Shown: positions 61,805-64,000 of the stretch, one piece after another | Layout: each line of letters opens with the position of its first letter | How positions within the stretch are numbered: the first letter of the stretch is position 1 | Program-made: the position numbers and the translations under genes | Assembly: GCA_030390025.1 (NCBI GenBank) | Contig: CM059430.1 | Coordinates: 158,968,001 to 159,032,000 of the forward strand | DNA: 64,000 nt | Origin: Squalus acanthias | Taxonomy: Eukaryota | Direction: 5' to 3' | The notes under the pieces: generated by a model | What the model saw: the letters and a program-made list of their open reading frames with translations, nothing else | Database searches by the model: none | Told to the model about the DNA's origin: nothing

Positions 61805-64000
61805 GGGCTAGAAATTCATTATAGCCCAGGAATGGGCGGTATCTTTAGAAGAGTTTGAGAATTGGTGCCAGGCGCTAATACTTTAGACTGCACGCAAAAT
61901 CCGTGCTAACTGCTCAGAGAAATGATTGGAGCGCTAAATCAAATGTTAAAGCCCAAGCTCATTGGCGTTACAATCAAACGGTGGACCAACATCGCATGCA
62001 GCCGAATCGCAAGTCATCATTGCCACAGACTATTTCCAGTTTGTAAATGGGAGGTTCATTGATGCTGCAGAACCTCATTCTCAGCATTGCTGGCAGTGCA
62101 GCTGCCTCAGCAAGCAGCAGCAGGTCAAGTAGAAGGAGCCGGACGACTCAAGCAGCTGTACTGATGGCAGATCCACGCCCCAGGGAGAGAGCCCGCAGAT
62201 TCTGCAATCAAGCATTGGAGGCGTTGATGTCCGCTGTGGAGAGACGGAGGGCGGTGCTCTACCTAGCAAGTGGCAGGAGGCCCTCGCCGCAAGTCTTCCG
62301 TACCTTGTGGAGGGAGGTAGCCCAGCACGTCTTAGGCAACACTGTGGTCCCCAGGACCCACACACAGTGCAGGAAGAAATTTAACAACCTCACTCGGGTG
62401 GTCAGGGTGAGTCAATGCTTTACCAAATGTTACATACCACCATCTGAACCACAGTCTGCACACACTGCCCAAAGCACCACACCCCCAGCACTCACCCACC
62501 AACAATCTCTACCTACCAACACTCACACACACCTTGCACACAATGACAGCTATTCAACTATGGCAGGCACATCACCCAAACACATTGCTCTACACTCACT
62601 CACACACTTTCCTTTCTCTGGCAGGCCAAGGTGGCTCACAACAGGAGGGAGCAGGAGTGCACGGGCAGGGGACAAGCCGACACCTAACCACAGTTGGCGC
62701 TGGAAGATAGAGTGCTGCAGATCATTGGGCGCCAGGTGGTGGGCACCGTGGCCACCAGTGGAGTGACGTTGACCCCCTTGGGGACAACAATGGTATGTTC
62801 ATCCCGACTCCTTCTTCTCACATCCCACTTCCCCCTCACCCCAGAATCGTTTCACACTTTCCAGCTAATCATGCTGTATGCATGCATTTCTCCCTTTCTG
62901 CCCCCCTCCCCTCAACTTTACCCGACTCTTGTGCCTTTATGCTTTCAGATAATCAACAAGCACCTGAGCAGCCTGTCCCTGAGGGCACCGTAGAGAGCGA
63001 GACGGAAGAAGATACGAGGAAGAACACACCGCGTCACTGCATGTCTCACCCGCAGGCACCAGCTCAGATACTGGCACTACGCGTTCTTTAGAGGCTAGTA
63101 TAGTAGCGGGATCTGCACAGGGTGAGGCACCGGGAATGAGTGGGCTGCAGCAAAGCCAGGGGGAAAGGGTAGCTCGGGGTCCAGCCCCCCGGAGGGCGAG
63201 TTCACGGACCAGTTCCGCCGCACAGGACTCAGATGAGGACCTCGATGGGGAGGCCTTCAGAAGAAGGGTGATGGGCATGCACACGGAGATGATAGGTGCA
63301 ATGGTAAGGGTGACCGAGAGCCTCTTGGCAATGGCAAGGAGCATGGAGGAGTGCGCCTCCAACGTTGCACAAGGCTCTGCGCACACCATGTAGTCCATCA
63401 TTTCCAGTCTGCAAAGGATGGTAGACTCCCAGAGAGGCCGTGGTGACCCAGACCTGATGCCGCATGTGATGGGCGATCTGGCAGCTTCCATTGCAGCACA
63501 GGTGGAAGCAATGCAACGTCTTAGTGCTGTAATGCAGTCTATGTTTGGTGCATCCAATCTCAGACTGCTCTCATGCAGTCTCAGCTTGATGCCACACAAG
63601 CTCTAACTGCTGCCATCATGACTGGGTCTACCACCGTCGACCGGAGCTTCCACGGTGTCGCAGCAGGCCAGCAATCTGTGCTGCAACAGATTGCTCAGGA
63701 TGCTGAGGTGCTGCCCAGGGGGTGTGGCAGTGGGTCAGTGGAGCAGGAACCTGCTGTCCTCTCTCAGGATGACAGCAATCCTGCTCCCAACACTGCCACT
63801 CTGCCATTGCCCTTGTCGCTGCCCGTCATCCAGCCAGCCCAGACTGCTGCCGCCCATGCTGAGGTGGTGCAGTCTACAGCCGTGCCTTCCAGGCCCAGAG
63901 TTACTTGAGAGCATCCTGCAAGGCCAAATGAAGTCTCCCGCACGAACACTCAGCATCCTTCCACCCGCCATGGAGGGCTCCTTCTGAGAGGCCAAGGCAG
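61805..64000 (+). mobile_element. PIF/Harbinger transposon, left part (continues beyond the window)
   Basis: Left TIR GGGCTAGAAATTCA, subterminal GCGCTA motifs, and a three-exon Myb/SANT gene. Confidence 0.9.
62164..63908 (+). pseudogene. Harbinger Myb/SANT-like (trihelix) protein gene, 3 exons: 62164-62406, 62625-62792, 62949-~63908
   Basis: Exon 1 reads RARRFCNQALEAL...WREVA...RTHTQCRKKFNNL. Splice sites are AGG|gtgagt, gcag|GCC, ATG|gtatgt and ttcag|ATA. Exons 2-3 carry frameshifts and stops. Confidence 0.85.

Noticed and set aside
1-64000. CRISPR arrays, operons, rRNA or tRNA genes, prokaryotic defence or retron systems
   Set aside because: None were seen. All reverse transcriptases are non-LTR retrotransposon type, and the tRNA-like boxes belong to SINE heads.

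Overview
This is not prokaryotic DNA. It is vertebrate genomic sequence, most likely from a shark or other cartilaginous fish, inferred from the repeat repertoire. The window is intronic or intergenic, and well over half of it is transposable-element derived. It holds many CR1 LINE copies of several ages. One near-complete CR1 ORF2 (54.7-57.7 kb) is broken by a single stop codon. Also present are a second, divergent CR1/L2-group LINE family, an RTE LINE, L2 relics, and Penelope-like (GIY-YIG) elements carrying decayed hammerhead-ribozyme cores. There are three PIF/Harbinger remnants (a spliced Myb/SANT gene and a HARBI1-like DDE nuclease), about 14 Harbinger-type MITEs, and three ancient tRNA-SINE families resembling DeuSINE/AmnSINE1, AmnSINE2 and LF-SINE. 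The most striking single object is a 1679-bp TG...CA insertion with an exact 4-bp target-site duplication, probably an unusually long solo LTR. It sits inside an RTE that itself sits inside a MITE. No host protein-coding gene could be recognised, but a 16-nt microexon candidate with strong splice signals lies on the minus strand at 3328-3343. Family names come from motif recognition and memory, not database searches. Many boundaries are approximate.
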